64,000 nucleotides of DNA from a virus. Numbering within the stretch: position 1 is the first letter of the stretch; each line of letters starts with the position of its first letter. Location: the IMG/VR virus record IMGVR_UViG_3300043539_001773. One strand, written 5' to 3'. Positions 32,101 to 42,482 of this stretch are shown piece after piece. A program made the position numbers and the translations under genes. Under the pieces are notes generated by a model. It was given only the letters and a program-made list of their open reading frames with translations. It ran no database searches and was not told the DNA's origin.

Positions 32101-32360
32101 TTAGCAAGTTCAATATTTTTATCTTCAATAACAATTGATTCTGTGTTTACTGTGACGATAGTGCCATTAACGGTAAGATTTCCAGAAACTACTAAATTTC
32201 CAGAAACTTGAACACTATCCTCTGTTGTTATTTGAGTATTTGATGCTTGTAATAAGTTCAGCGAAGAACTTACTAATGCCCCACTACTATTTTTGAAAAA
32301 GAACACTCCAGAGATAGGATCTATCGCTATTTGACCTGAAGTTATACTTGGTAAAGCCAT
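29103..32360 (-). CDS. Long tail fibre protein
   Basis: Fibre repeats (L.YNGS.W.N, ARTITLAGD..G); C-terminal domain shared with 17190..19136. Confidence 0.75.
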   Translation of the reverse strand: MALPSITSGQIAIDPISGVFFFKNSSGALVSSSLNLLQASNTQITTEDSVQVSGNLVVSGNLTVNGTIVTVNTESIVIEDKNIELANVSSPSNVTADGGGITLKGTTDKTFNWSNSTSSWTSSENVDLASGKVYKINGVEVLSSNAYIGSSAKWTNARTITLAGDLTGNVSIDGSANVTLTATVAANSVALGADTTGDYVASLVAGTGISLANNSGETTTPTITLNAVIDDLTDVTLTTPANGDFFRYNGSVWINDAINLSTDTIGDYVDHLSAGTGITITNNSGEASVPTISIPQSVATNANVTFNQVTAALVGSVTGNVTGNITGNVTGNVTGDLTGNSNGVHTGNVTGTASNALVWTNQRKITLDGDVTGNVFIDGSANVTLTTTIVSNSVELGTDTTGQYVANLVSGTGITITDNSGEGMTPVIKVADSYTTNMVSNIANSAASVSAYADGVGNTAYSNAVTYINNRTLDDLSGVTLSNATTNNVLLYNGSAWINSAFNTAKLSDVLTNNVLSGQVLLWDSGLGKWVNSIIPEQPQGTTISVTRGNGSSTNFTIYHGFNTADVVVTVRSKITNEVIQTRWSTTDALGAYSADYVTVEFTTPPASDEMQIVIYGAIQSTAVVITGRLDNLSGDVMISSVSSGEALFYNGSKWINRKASLTTDMDDVVISGNATGQFLKYNGTDWINSSIPTINNLDDVGDVTITSAASGQFLKWNGSAWINDSVPIISNIDDITGVTITAAANKDFLMYNGTAWVNQPITLGTDTTGSYVTSLVAGTGVTLSNNSGESATPTVAVDTTIIAPLASPTFTGTPTLPTGTIATTQTAADNSTAIATTAFVTTADNLKANIASPALTGIPTAPTAAVATDTTQIATTAFVRAEVAALVNSAPGTLDTLGEIATSLANNASLSTTLTDAIALKAPLANPTFTGTVTLPTGTVTSAMILDGTITNADINSSAAIEYSKLSLSNSITTTDLVSGPARAGFNSTLNAQTASYTLQTTDLAKLVTIDSASNTTVTVPNILSDGDRIDILRKHLTGEVTITAGAGVTVYGTPGLKLRSQWSGATLVKLAANTWVVMGDLKA

Positions 32361-32382
32361 TGTAAAACCTTTCCCGCTTTAG

Positions 32383-33930
32383 TTAAAAGGTTCCACCATC
32401 AATATAAATGTTATCGAATGTTGTTAAGTTAGTGATGGATCCACCAGTGATCGAAACGTTACTTGCATTTTGGATTGCAATTGTTCCAAGTCCTAACGTA
32501 GTTCTTCCAGCAGAAGCGTCTGCGTCATCGACCAAACTTCTACCAAAAGAAGTAAATGTTGCCAGTGCTGCTGTTCCAGAACCTGTAAAGTATGGAAGTG
32601 TGTCTGCAGCAGATGTTAATCCAGCTAATGCTGTAAGATCACCATCATAGGCTTGTACATCTGTCCCAATTGCTAGTCCAAGGTTACTTCTTGCTCCTGA
32701 AGCAGTTGTTGCTCCAGTTCCTCCATAAGATAGACCTACTGTTGTGCCATTCCAGGTACCTACAGTAATTGTGCCTAATGATGTTAAGCTAGAGGTAACT
32801 ACACTAGAACCAAGTGTTGTATTGGAAAGAACTTCCGAAGTTCCAATCTTGAATACTTTGCCAGCAGCAAGATCTAAGTGTTCAGACGAAGTCCAGGCAT
32901 CTGTTGCATCAACCCAGTTCAATGTTTTGTTTGTTGCACCAAGAATTGTAATACCAGCACCATCAGCAGTTATGTCTGTCGGTGATGCGGCGTTTGCAAG
33001 AACAATGTTCTTATCTTCTACAACAAGTGTTGCAGTATTAAGAGTTGTTGTATTGCCGTTAACAATCAAATCTCCAGTAACAGTAAGATTATTACTAATC
33101 GTAACATTAGCTGGAAGGCTAAGTGTTACCGCACCAACACCAGAGTTAGATACTGCAATTTCATTTGCAGTACCGGTCAAACCAGTTACGAGATTTGTGC
33201 CCTTGTCACTAATCTGTGAAGCAGTTACTGAGATTTCAGTATTGCCAGCAGCTGTCAAGCGACCTTTTGCATCAACTGTAAATGTAGCAACGGAGTTTGC
33301 AGCCCCATAAGAGCCAGCAGTTACAGCAGTACTGTCAAGGTTTGAAGAAGTTAAAGAAATTGCCGTATTTCCAGCTGATGTTAATCGACCTTGAGCATCA
33401 ACTGTGAAAGTTCCAACAGTGCCTGCACCACCATAAGAACCACCAGTTACCGTGGTGTTGTCAAGGTTCAAGGTTATTGTGTCAGTTGCACCAGCAACAG
33501 AGGACAGTCCCGTGCCACCAGAAATAGTCAAAGTATCAGTACCTGAGCTAATTGTTTGATTGGATCCAGAATCGCCCGCAACTGTAAATGATGTAGCAAC
33601 GTTTGCAACAATATTGCTAATATTAGAAACTTGTTGGTCAACATAAAGTTTTGTTGATGCGTGGGTATTCGCAGTTGGCGTTGGAACGATAACTACGCCA
33701 GAAAATGTTTTATTTCCTGTAATTGTTTGATTTGTTCCCAATGATGCATAGGCCCCAAAACCAGCAATTGCCTCAACAGTTGTTGCAGCTCCGCCAACTC
33801 CACCAGTTCCCTTACCGTAATACAGGACATCGTCAGCTTCATTATATGCTAATTCTGCGTTCTCTAAGGTACTTGGCGCTCCTGCTGCGCCTGAACTAGA
33901 CCTTCTTTTAATTCTCAGGGTATTAGACAT
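32383..33930 (-). CDS. Tail fibre protein
   Basis: LRIKRR...APSTLENAELAYNE N-terminus; blocks shared with 24113..26987; DGGTF C-terminus. Confidence 0.75.
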   Translation of the reverse strand: MSNTLRIKRRSSSGAAGAPSTLENAELAYNEADDVLYYGKGTGGVGGAATTVEAIAGFGAYASLGTNQTITGNKTFSGVVIVPTPTANTHASTKLYVDQQVSNISNIVANVATSFTVAGDSGSNQTISSGTDTLTISGGTGLSSVAGATDTITLNLDNTTVTGGSYGGAGTVGTFTVDAQGRLTSAGNTAISLTSSNLDSTAVTAGSYGAANSVATFTVDAKGRLTAAGNTEISVTASQISDKGTNLVTGLTGTANEIAVSNSGVGAVTLSLPANVTISNNLTVTGDLIVNGNTTTLNTATLVVEDKNIVLANAASPTDITADGAGITILGATNKTLNWVDATDAWTSSEHLDLAAGKVFKIGTSEVLSNTTLGSSVVTSSLTSLGTITVGTWNGTTVGLSYGGTGATTASGARSNLGLAIGTDVQAYDGDLTALAGLTSAADTLPYFTGSGTAALATFTSFGRSLVDDADASAGRTTLGLGTIAIQNASNVSITGGSITNLTTFDNIYIDGGTF

Positions 33931-33932
33931 TT

Positions 33933-34271
33933 TTAAAAATTCCCTCCATCGACTAGATTAGATTCCGCGTAATTAATCCATTGCGAACCGTTGTAACGTA
34001 AAACCTGACCACTGGTAACTGAGTTTATAGTAACATCTGTCAACCCATTTAAAACTGATTGAGTCGAGATATTTGTTTCAGTGGCTATTATTCTATCCTT
34101 GATAGTAAGATGAGAACCAGCTGGATTAAGACCCAATACGGTTTGCACTGCCTCTACGGCATCGTTTAAATTTGCATGTTGCTGATGATGGGGTACTGTG
34201 TTTGAATTAAGCTTATCAGTTGCTGTTGGATTTATTAAAATATCTAATTGATTTGGATAATTTGTTGCCAT
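33933..34271 (-). CDS. Small virion protein
   Basis: MATNYP..LD...H...NDAVEAVQTVLG motif plus a fibre repeat. Confidence 0.6.
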   Translation of the reverse strand: MATNYPNQLDILINPTATDKLNSNTVPHHQQHANLNDAVEAVQTVLGLNPAGSHLTIKDRIIATETNISTQSVLNGLTDVTINSVTSGQVLRYNGSQWINYAESNLVDGGNF

Positions 34272-34279
34272 ATATCTTC

Positions 34280-34690
34280 CTATAAGCTAATAATTTTTGT
34301 TGAACTATTATTCCACTGTAATGTCATTGGAGAAGCCTCTGCGGTGCCCGCAAAAGGTAGTCCTTCAGAATCGTCTATAAAAGCTATTAACCTTGAATTG
34401 GAATCAGTTGTACCATATTGATAAAATACAATTGCATTAAATGATGCTCCATCGTGAACAATGGTTAGATCATCTGCATCTAATACCCCTAAATCATTAG
34501 ATACGTTGCTTAAAGGTTCACTTCTATATTTTTTTGCCAATGTTGGTATATCTGATAAGAATTCATTGGTGCTTTGATTTGGTGTATATAAAGAAGTATC
34601 TATAAATGCAACTTTAAGACTATTTGTTGATAGATTTATTTCACCACTTAACATGGATTCTTTTGCTTTTTTATATACAAAATTAGCCAT
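34280..34690 (-). CDS. Virion structural protein
   Basis: Start at MANFVY; GVLDADD...LIAFID...GLP...W pattern. Confidence 0.55.
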   Translation of the reverse strand: MANFVYKKAKESMLSGEINLSTNSLKVAFIDTSLYTPNQSTNEFLSDIPTLAKKYRSEPLSNVSNDLGVLDADDLTIVHDGASFNAIVFYQYGTTDSNSRLIAFIDDSEGLPFAGTAEASPMTLQWNNSSTKIISL

Positions 34691-34691
34691 C

Positions 34692-35465
34692 TTATATACC
34701 CACATCTTTAGAAACTGTTATTCTATACTTATAACCTTTTTCAAAATAATCTTTATTCTCAGTATAATATGATGGTGTTGCATCTATTAAGGATGGAAAG
34801 TCTATATATATCTCAGGCTTCCAAGAGTGCATTTGCGTAACTGTCTCAACGTTTTCCCAACGAGACGGTGACTTCTGGATTTTTTTTCTTTGAGCTTTAA
34901 AATACTTAGTGGATAAAAAGTTAGAAGCTGGACGAGCATTAAAAGTAATGGTGACTCTTCCATTGTTGTTATCATTTGGTAAGTAAAAAGATCCATTTTT
35001 TGGCTCAACAGAATCAATATAGAATTCTGGATTTTTAGCTATAATTTGATAGCTACTATAGGCTTCGGTTAAAATTGAGTTATCTTCTACTAAAATCTCT
35101 TCTATCACCGGAACAACAGAAGTTGAAAAACCAGAAGGAGTAGCCGCATCTTGCTTTGTAAATTTTATATACTCTTCTGCTACGACTTCATTTGCAGCGT
35201 CTAATATACCTACTACTCTTAGATAGTATTCCTGACCAGAAACAAGGACTTTATCCCAGTAAAGAGTAAGAGTTCTAGATATTGTATTATAGTCAGCTAA
35301 TGAGTTTATTGCTTTAAATGGACTAGATACAATAGTCGGTGTTGCAGCTGATGTTTGAACAATAAACTTATTATCTGTTATAGAACTAATTTTTACTGTT
35401 CTACCAAATTTAATTTTTACCTTATCGACACCCACTGAGGCATAATCTATTAAATTTAATGGCAC
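34692..35465 (-). CDS. Ig-like virion protein
   Basis: Beta-rich ORF after the capsid gene with GGAG SD and late motif. Confidence 0.5.
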   Translation of the reverse strand: MPLNLIDYASVGVDKVKIKFGRTVKISSITDNKFIVQTSAATPTIVSSPFKAINSLADYNTISRTLTLYWDKVLVSGQEYYLRVVGILDAANEVVAEEYIKFTKQDAATPSGFSTSVVPVIEEILVEDNSILTEAYSSYQIIAKNPEFYIDSVEPKNGSFYLPNDNNNGRVTITFNARPASNFLSTKYFKAQRKKIQKSPSRWENVETVTQMHSWKPEIYIDFPSLIDATPSYYTENKDYFEKGYKYRITVSKDVGI

Positions 35466-35517
35466 GATTTATCTCCTCAGGAAAAGACTTACACTTAACT
35501 AGTAACGGGGTTGGTAC

Positions 35518-35548
35518 AAAAAAATAAGGGGCAGCTTTCGCTGCCCCC
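35518..35548 (-). terminator. Rho-independent terminator after the major capsid gene
   Basis: GGGGCAGC-GAAA-GCTGCCCC followed by TTATTTTTTT. Confidence 0.85.
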
Positions 35549-35593
35549 TACTTTCTAAGACTGTGTCGTAACTATAACAGTCCTAAGGTTCTA

Positions 35594-36649
35594 TTACATT
35601 TCGTTAGTAACTTGTACTTCGTAGTTACGGGCAAGTCTAACGTTCTTAGCAACTGTGATACCTTCACCATCGCCAAGCATTACAATGTCGTAACGCTCTT
35701 TCATCTTCATCGAACGAATGTCACGTGACGGATCATCGAACTGATCTGTGCTCATGTCATCCTTAACAAGAAGACTGCCGACCTCATTACGATCAATGAG
35801 GAACAAGTCTGACTTAGCTAATGTTGCACCGCTCTTAGCCGTAAAGCTAACAAATGGTGACACTAACACGTTCAAACCCATAGGGGCTGTTGCGTTAAGA
35901 GCGCCATCCTTCGACTGTGGACGGTAGCCCCAGCTGGTATTAACAGCTGATGCAGCGCCGCCCATGTGGAAGATCGAGTCCTTGAGGAAGACCGACCACA
36001 TCAGTGGGTGAAGAATGAAGTCTGTTGGTATATGGTTTTCGGCCATTAGAACAGCTGCCATGTCGACAACATCGTCCCAGGTAACAGTGCTGTTGTAAGC
36101 ACCATCAATCCCACGACCTGTTGTATCGTCATAGCTGCCACTGTCGTTGTCGAATACAATTGTAGCTGCATCCTTAAAACGACTAAGAGCAATTTGCTCT
36201 TTCAAACGTGCCATTGCACGGCCTGCGGCGCGTACATGGAGGCCTACGATGTCCCAAAGAGAATCAGCAATAACTTCCTCTGTGAAAGCCAGCTTAACGC
36301 CCTTCTTCGACACCTTACCCTCGATTTGCTTAGCAAATGCGAGAGCTTGTTCTGGGTATTCTTGTCCTTCTGGGATCTCAGCAGCTTGAATTGCGTTTAC
36401 CGCTGGAAATTCCAAAGAACGACCCTTACCAAGGCGTACTGTAGAAAGAAGCGGGGTTACCAAAAGCTGTGGTTCGGCTGCTTCGCGCAGAGTACGAGAA
36501 ATTACCTTAGGAAACAAAGCGGCTGCGTCTGACGAACCGAATGCTTCCTTGATAGTAACTCTGTTATCTGTGTCGATGTAGCCATCTTCAGCAAATGCGG
36601 CTTCCCAAGCTGGGAGACCCGAGAGGAGTTCTTGGATTGTCTTACTCAT
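35594..36649 (-). CDS. Major capsid protein (HK97-like)
   Basis: EIPEGQEYPE...KKGVKLAFTEEVIADS.WD; biased high-expression codons; follows protease and a structural gene. Confidence 0.85.
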   Translation of the reverse strand: MSKTIQELLSGLPAWEAAFAEDGYIDTDNRVTIKEAFGSSDAAALFPKVISRTLREAAEPQLLVTPLLSTVRLGKGRSLEFPAVNAIQAAEIPEGQEYPEQALAFAKQIEGKVSKKGVKLAFTEEVIADSLWDIVGLHVRAAGRAMARLKEQIALSRFKDAATIVFDNDSGSYDDTTGRGIDGAYNSTVTWDDVVDMAAVLMAENHIPTDFILHPLMWSVFLKDSIFHMGGAASAVNTSWGYRPQSKDGALNATAPMGLNVLVSPFVSFTAKSGATLAKSDLFLIDRNEVGSLLVKDDMSTDQFDDPSRDIRSMKMKERYDIVMLGDGEGITVAKNVRLARNYEVQVTNEM

Positions 36650-36702
36650 CTAGGATATTTCCTCCTGTTTAATTATTTCTTTTTTTATTTTCTTTTTTTT
36701 TA

Positions 36703-37458
36703 TTAGAGTGTTAAATTGACGCGGAAAGCACCAATAACATTCGTAACATCTAGGTTTGCACGGATACCGAGTTTACCGGAGAACGAGCCTGATCTTGTGA
36801 GCTCATAAACTGTCTTGAGCGCACCTGGATCCGATGGAAGTTGCATGTAGGAAAGTAGTCCGTCATCAAAGTTTGTAGCAAACTTCTCGACTTCAATAAC
36901 CTTACCTACCATCAAGTGTGGGTAACTAGCTGCATCAGCTTGCGACAAGAGTCTTGGACGACCCATGAAGTCTGGAGCAACTAAACTACCTGCTACGAGA
37001 TCTGCGTTAACACCTGTGACCATTGGATACTCGACATAACCTCTAACGATAAAGCCTGCACCTTGCGATGTGCCCTTATCAAATGGTCTGTAGAGATCGT
37101 ACTGTGCACAACCAACTGGCACTGAACGTGCAGCAACTGCTTGTGTATCTCCAGATGCGCCAGCAACTGGAGTTGCTGCTGCAAGTGGATCCCAACCTGA
37201 AATTGTGTCTCCCCAAGTTACTGAAGAGGCGCTACCGTTAGCTGGAACGAAACGTGAATCACCACTTGAATCTGTTACTACCGAAAGGATTGTTCCCTTT
37301 GGAATAACAATTTCAAAACGATCATCTTCTGAATCTGCGTACCAAGTTGGAAGGGCGACTGATGGCAAGATGTATGCGGATGGTGCAATACCTTCCGAAA
37401 CAACGAAACGACCAGCACCCGTTTTGGTACCTACTTTACGAAATTTTGCTAATGACAT
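36703..37458 (-). CDS. Capsid decoration/head structural protein
   Basis: Lies between protease and MCP; codon bias similar to MCP. Confidence 0.55.
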   Translation of the reverse strand: MSLAKFRKVGTKTGAGRFVVSEGIAPSAYILPSVALPTWYADSEDDRFEIVIPKGTILSVVTDSSGDSRFVPANGSASSVTWGDTISGWDPLAAATPVAGASGDTQAVAARSVPVGCAQYDLYRPFDKGTSQGAGFIVRGYVEYPMVTGVNADLVAGSLVAPDFMGRPRLLSQADAASYPHLMVGKVIEVEKFATNFDDGLLSYMQLPSDPGALKTVYELTRSGSFSGKLGIRANLDVTNVIGAFRVNLTL

Positions 37459-37488
37459 TTAATATCTCCTTATTTGTATATATTTGTT

Positions 37489-39205
37489 TTAAAGTTTGCG
37501 ACGGCCCATGAGAGTATCAACAAACAGTTCTTCAACTGTATTCACTTTTTCTTCTGGTGCAGTTGACACTTCTTCGTCTTCAACAATGACATTGTTTTCT
37601 TTTTCAGAAACAATGCAACCATCTATTACGGATTCCACATTTAGCTTTTGAATATTCTTCTTAGCTACTGGGAGCTTAGCCAAATCCCTAAGGGAATCAG
37701 CCAAAGAACCTGCCGAACGAGTTGCATGATCTTGGATCAAGTTTTCTCTTTCTTCAATTGGTTCTACTCCTAATGAAATTTTAGTATCAACTACTCTTTC
37801 AGCTAAAGTGCGATGTAGCGCCTCTCTAAGCTTTGCATTTTCTTGTTGAAGCACTTGAAGTTTATCGTCATTGTCATTTTGCTCATCAGCATGAGTACTG
37901 CCTGTGAGCTCTGAGTTTGACTCTTCTTGTGTTTCGTTTTCTGGGGAGGACTCGGCGTTTTCAGAATTAACTACTTCTTCTTTGCCTTGTTCTTCTGTTT
38001 CCACTTTTTCTCCTTCAGATTCTTTTTGCTCACTAGGAGACTGCTCTGCATTTTCTGCAGCTGGCGCCTCAACCAATGATTCATCTTCTTGTGCTTTCTT
38101 TAGCTTTTCAATCTTCGAAGAAAGAACATCCACTACAGATTGTTCACCAGCTTCTTTTGCTTCTTGAAGAGCATCTGATAACACAGATATAAGATCTACA
38201 TTTTTTGATTCTACATTTACAGAAGCTTCTTCTTGTGAAGGAATTTCTTCTGATTCTTCTTTTGGTGCTGTAGCAATTGCTGACAGATCTTGGCTTAGAT
38301 TTTCGACAGTAGCCAAAACATCATCACCTTTAACGATTTCGTCCATTTCAACATTCTCCTCGTCAATTATATTCTTTTCTGATAGTAACGCAGTATTATC
38401 AGCCTTTGCAGTTTCACTTTCTTGAAAGGCCAAAGCCGTAAGAAAAGCTCCTTTAACATGAAGATAAAGTGGTCTAGACTCTTTTTTCTTCATACCCTTT
38501 AAAATAGACTCATTTTCTTCCACAGTGGTTATATCTTCTTTATCCATATGTAGGATAAAGGCTGTGCTTTTTGCTGTCCAATTTTCTGAATCAGTAACAA
38601 CAGTTGATCCATCAATAGCTTTAGAAGCTCTTACGCTAGACCTTTGATCCGCTGGTTGGTTAACAAATGAGTACTCTTTAAAGGAAATGTCTTGCATATC
38701 AACGAAAGCAAGTTTACCCTTATAAACTTGACCACGTTTAAATTTAGCTGTCTTTGGTCTACCGTCTGCTGATTCAGCAGCTAGGTCTTCACCCGAAATT
38801 GAACAAACTGCTTTGCCGGCTCTTCCGCCAACTGATCCAGTCAAGTATCTCTTATCTGAGATCTTCTGAGCAGCCAATGGATCTGTGATTGCTACCTGCA
38901 ATCTTACGTATGGTGCACCGTCTTGTTCTTTGTCCATCTTAGCAGCAATGATTCTGCCAATTGGCTCAGAGTTTAAATCGTGATTTAAAATAATAGGCTT
39001 AGGGTATGGCTCGACCCATGATTGGAGAGCCTTTTCTAATTCTGCTGCTGAGTAATTATTATAGTTAGCGGTTAGTCCGCTCATGTATGGCAGCCACTTC
39101 TATAATAAGACCGTGGTTTTTGCTGAATGATTCGGAAAAATCATTTTCCAATCCCGATAGGTCAGGAAGTTGAAGTGTAAAACTTTCAACAAAATCAAAT
39201 GCCAT
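37489..39205 (-). CDS. Prohead protease fused to acidic scaffold; needs +1 shift at CGG (39077-39079)
   Basis: MAFDFVESF...AAIHE-C-GLTANYN...NHD..PIGR...GSVG...EYSFVNQPAD, then Glu-rich coiled coil; 1717 nt = 3n+1. Confidence 0.8.
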
Positions 39206-39290
39206 TTTAGCGCTCCGTTTATTTTAATGTAGTAGTAATAGTAATTAGCTTTTATAAGATTAAACAATCTTATATAAAGATATCATACTT

Positions 39291-40061
39291 TTATGCTGTT
39301 GCAAAAAAATTACCCCTAGAATCTCCATTTGAGAGAAAATCTTGCATCATTCGCTTATGCATTATGTGTGGAGCATAGAGATAAGATGCCGAGTAGAGCT
39401 TATAGCCCATTTTTGCTGCGTTTCCAGACCAACCTAAATCTTCACCTTGTGTATGGAGCGAATAGTTAACATTCTTGTATACATCTCTTGACATCATTTT
39501 TGCTGCCATAATAACATCTGACTGGAAATACTCACCAAGTGGATATTGTTCTTTGCGATAAGCTTGACCACCAGGCTCCTTTATCCAATTCATTACACTT
39601 GGATACATTGTATTTGTTGGAGTCATAAACATTAATGGACTCACTGCATCTGCGCCAGAGTTTACGTGTGCAACTAGTAATTGAATCGTATTTTGATTAG
39701 TTAATAGTATGTCAGAATCTAAGCTAAAAAAATAGTTTGGATTAATATCTCTAACTTTTGATAAAAGAGAATTTCTTAGATTAACCATATTTTGATATTT
39801 AGATATGCTCCAAGTTCTTGTTCCTTCTTCATGGGAGAAATGAGGAATGTCTTGTTTTACATCTAAGATAAACTCTGGTATATCTGGTCTTGCATTTCTA
39901 TACTTAACTAACATCTCTATGGTTTTTTCATCATCTGGAGATGCTTCAAATATAAAAGCAGTTTTTGAAAAATCAATATTTTGATTTTCTATACAGGAAA
40001 TCCAATAAGGAAATATCCAGTCTCTTTCATAGATTGGACAACCAATCACTAGTTCAATCAT
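39291..40061 (-). CDS. Glycosyltransferase family 2-like
   Basis: IGCPIY...LRN...YFFSLDSD...GEDLGW. Confidence 0.7.
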   Translation of the reverse strand: MIELVIGCPIYERDWIFPYWISCIENQNIDFSKTAFIFEASPDDEKTIEMLVKYRNARPDIPEFILDVKQDIPHFSHEEGTRTWSISKYQNMVNLRNSLLSKVRDINPNYFFSLDSDILLTNQNTIQLLVAHVNSGADAVSPLMFMTPTNTMYPSVMNWIKEPGGQAYRKEQYPLGEYFQSDVIMAAKMMSRDVYKNVNYSLHTQGEDLGWSGNAAKMGYKLYSASYLYAPHIMHKRMMQDFLSNGDSRGNFFATA

Positions 40062-40064
40062 AAA

Positions 40065-40382
40065 CTACTCTGAAATAGATTTTGTTGTTTCTTTTACACT
40101 TTTCTTAGCAGGTGCGCTAGTTTCTACAGTTGTTGATTCAATCTTCTCTTCTTTGATTTCAACAGCATTAACGTTTATCGCTGGTGTCACTGGCACTACT
40201 TCTTCTGTGGTTTCTTCTTCGGGTTCTGAAGTGAGAAACTCAACTATAGAATCAATAACGTCCACTAAAGCTTCAAGAGCTAGTCTTGTTTGACCATTGC
40301 TAACTGCTTTTCTAAATACTAAAAGAGCATCTGCTTCTGTGTTATCGCTACTTGTGATCTTATCATTTACATTAAACATCAT
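40065..40382 (-). CDS. Hypothetical protein
   Basis: ORF overlapping the portal stop codon. Confidence 0.5.
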   Translation of the reverse strand: MMFNVNDKITSSDNTEADALLVFRKAVSNGQTRLALEALVDVIDSIVEFLTSEPEEETTEEVVPVTPAINVNAVEIKEEKIESTTVETSAPAKKSVKETTKSISE

Positions 40383-42021
40383 TCTTATCCTTTTCAACGT
40401 CTGACTCTATAACAGTATACTCGCTATCCAACAGAGATTCAATTACTGATAGAAAATTATTATCATATCTTTTAATATCCGGGGAAGTTTTTCTTCCATT
40501 TTGATTCATTGGTCTCATAGCATTACCAACGCCCCTTCTGTTATTTGGCGTATTTTTCTGCCCTGGACCAGCGGATTTTTGACCATCAGATGTTTTTGGT
40601 TCAGGTGCTTTACCTGTCCCTTGTGCCTTAGCTTGAGCTTGGGCAGTTGCTTTAGTTGCGTCAACTTGAATATCGCTTTGTATTGATGCGTGCGTCTTAT
40701 TCATGTCAATATCGGAATCATATCCTAATTCTATACGAGCTTCATCTAATGTAATTAGATTAGACACATATTTTTGAATGACGTGATTTTCTTTTTTAAC
40801 TTGTGTATCAACATCTATTTCCTTGAACTTAAAGTAGCATCTATCCGAATCTCCAGTTTCCATTGGATTTGAGATTGGATCAAAACCACCTTCAAACAAT
40901 AATTCATTAAATATATTTAGTCTTACCATCTCCGAAAACAGCTTCTGCATCTGCTTAATTCTGTCGTATAACGCAACGTCTAATCTTTCAGTAACAGATC
41001 TGTTACCACCATTCATTGACATTCCAAGGTGATGCGGTGCAACACCCAATCCAATTGCAACACGTTCTTTAAAGTGATTTAAGTACTGGCTTGCATCAAG
41101 AGCAGATCCTTGTGATCCAATGACTTCAACATCGTGTCTAAACGGAAGAATCAATCCACCTTCAGCTCTTAAGTTTTCTATTTCTATAGCTGCTTGTTCA
41201 ATCTCTTCTGGCTCAGCTGGTTGTTCTGCAGTTCCAATCTTATACTTATAAAGTGGAAATAATTCTCTGTGAACAAGATTCTGAATATCTTCTTCAATTT
41301 GACGAAGTGCAATAACGTCGTCTAATACATTGATCAAAAACGGAGTACCAAATGCTCTACCAGTTTTTCTATCAAAGTGAAGATGGATTACTTTTTCTGC
41401 AGTCCAAACTGGATTTCCTTCAAGCGGCATATAAGTAAGAGGGTCTGTCTCTTGTCTATATGACTTAGGCCTGTTGTGCTTATCTCTAAATATTCTTACC
41501 TGTTCAGTAGGGATTAAGTAATAACCTATTACTGGAAGATCTCCAGTCATAGGTGCTAATTTGTCTGGAAAATATTCGCTTAAATCACCTCTTGCTTTAA
41601 CAATGAAAGCATTAGAAAATTTAAAGAGTTGATCTGAGACTTCAATTAAGAAATCAACAAATGGTCTCTTCATTGCTATTTCCATGAAATCTATTCTTTG
41701 GTGAAGATAAGAAATAGCTTCTGGGTTTTCAGAAACTATTTCCCAACCCTCTTTCCAGAAAAGATCTTTATATTTAGACATAGCTTGCTTAACATAAGAG
41801 TCCGTATCAACAGCTTGCATTAACCTTTCAAAGTCATATGCTGGTCTTTCAAAGGTAGCTCTATTATTGAAGTAATAATTGGTACCCTGAAAACCAAGAG
41901 CAAGCGATGCTATTTTCATAGCCTTAGACAGACCCTTTACTTGTTCTGGCGCTAAAGCCTTGTCAGAAAAAGTAAGATCTTTGTCTACTGTTTGAAATGG
42001 TAGGTAATCCCTAATTGCCAT
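40372..42021 (-). CDS. Portal protein
   Basis: FSNAFIVK.R...VIHLHFDR..G..FGTP...LGVAPHHLG...LITLDEARIELG; position upstream of the protease. Confidence 0.8.
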   Translation of the reverse strand: MAIRDYLPFQTVDKDLTFSDKALAPEQVKGLSKAMKIASLALGFQGTNYYFNNRATFERPAYDFERLMQAVDTDSYVKQAMSKYKDLFWKEGWEIVSENPEAISYLHQRIDFMEIAMKRPFVDFLIEVSDQLFKFSNAFIVKARGDLSEYFPDKLAPMTGDLPVIGYYLIPTEQVRIFRDKHNRPKSYRQETDPLTYMPLEGNPVWTAEKVIHLHFDRKTGRAFGTPFLINVLDDVIALRQIEEDIQNLVHRELFPLYKYKIGTAEQPAEPEEIEQAAIEIENLRAEGGLILPFRHDVEVIGSQGSALDASQYLNHFKERVAIGLGVAPHHLGMSMNGGNRSVTERLDVALYDRIKQMQKLFSEMVRLNIFNELLFEGGFDPISNPMETGDSDRCYFKFKEIDVDTQVKKENHVIQKYVSNLITLDEARIELGYDSDIDMNKTHASIQSDIQVDATKATAQAQAKAQGTGKAPEPKTSDGQKSAGPGQKNTPNNRRGVGNAMRPMNQNGRKTSPDIKRYDNNFLSVIESLLDSEYTVIESDVEKDKNDV

Positions 42022-42079
42022 GGTACGTCCTTATTTAAGCCTATATCTAATAGTAGACTCAATTTGTCTAGGCTGTAAT

Positions 42080-42262
42080 TTATTGTTTTTCTAAAATTCC
42101 TGCTGCTTCAAAGGTCTTCTTGATAATAAGATCCTTTACAGCCTCAAGCCAGAAAACTGTTTCAGCTTCTGTAAAGTCACTCTTGTAAGATAGATTCTTA
42201 TCGCTAATCTTAATTTCAACTACAAATTCTGTTTTTACTTCTACTTCTGGTGTATCACTCAT
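42080..42262 (-). CDS. Hypothetical protein
   Basis: Operonic small ORF. Confidence 0.5.
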   Translation of the reverse strand: MSDTPEVEVKTEFVVEIKISDKNLSYKSDFTEAETVFWLEAVKDLIIKKTFEAAGILEKQ

Positions 42263-42263
42263 T

Positions 42264-42470
42264 TTACATTTGTCCTTTTAATCTTTGAATAATAATTGAT
42301 TGTTGTTTAATTGTTGCTTCTTTTATAACTAAATCAGTCATTAAGCTGCTAAGTTTTTCTTGAAAAACAGCTATAACTAAATTAACATCTAAATTAGAGT
42401 CATTAATATCTGATTGAGAAATTTCCATTATACCAGTTTTCTGTTGTTCTTGCTTGCTTATTCTAGACAT
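42264..42470 (-). CDS. Hypothetical coiled-coil protein
   Basis: Leaderless TGATATAAT-N6-ATG. Confidence 0.55.
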   Translation of the reverse strand: MSRISKQEQQKTGIMEISQSDINDSNLDVNLVIAVFQEKLSSLMTDLVIKEATIKQQSIIIQRLKGQM

Positions 42471-42482
42471 TTTACTATTATA

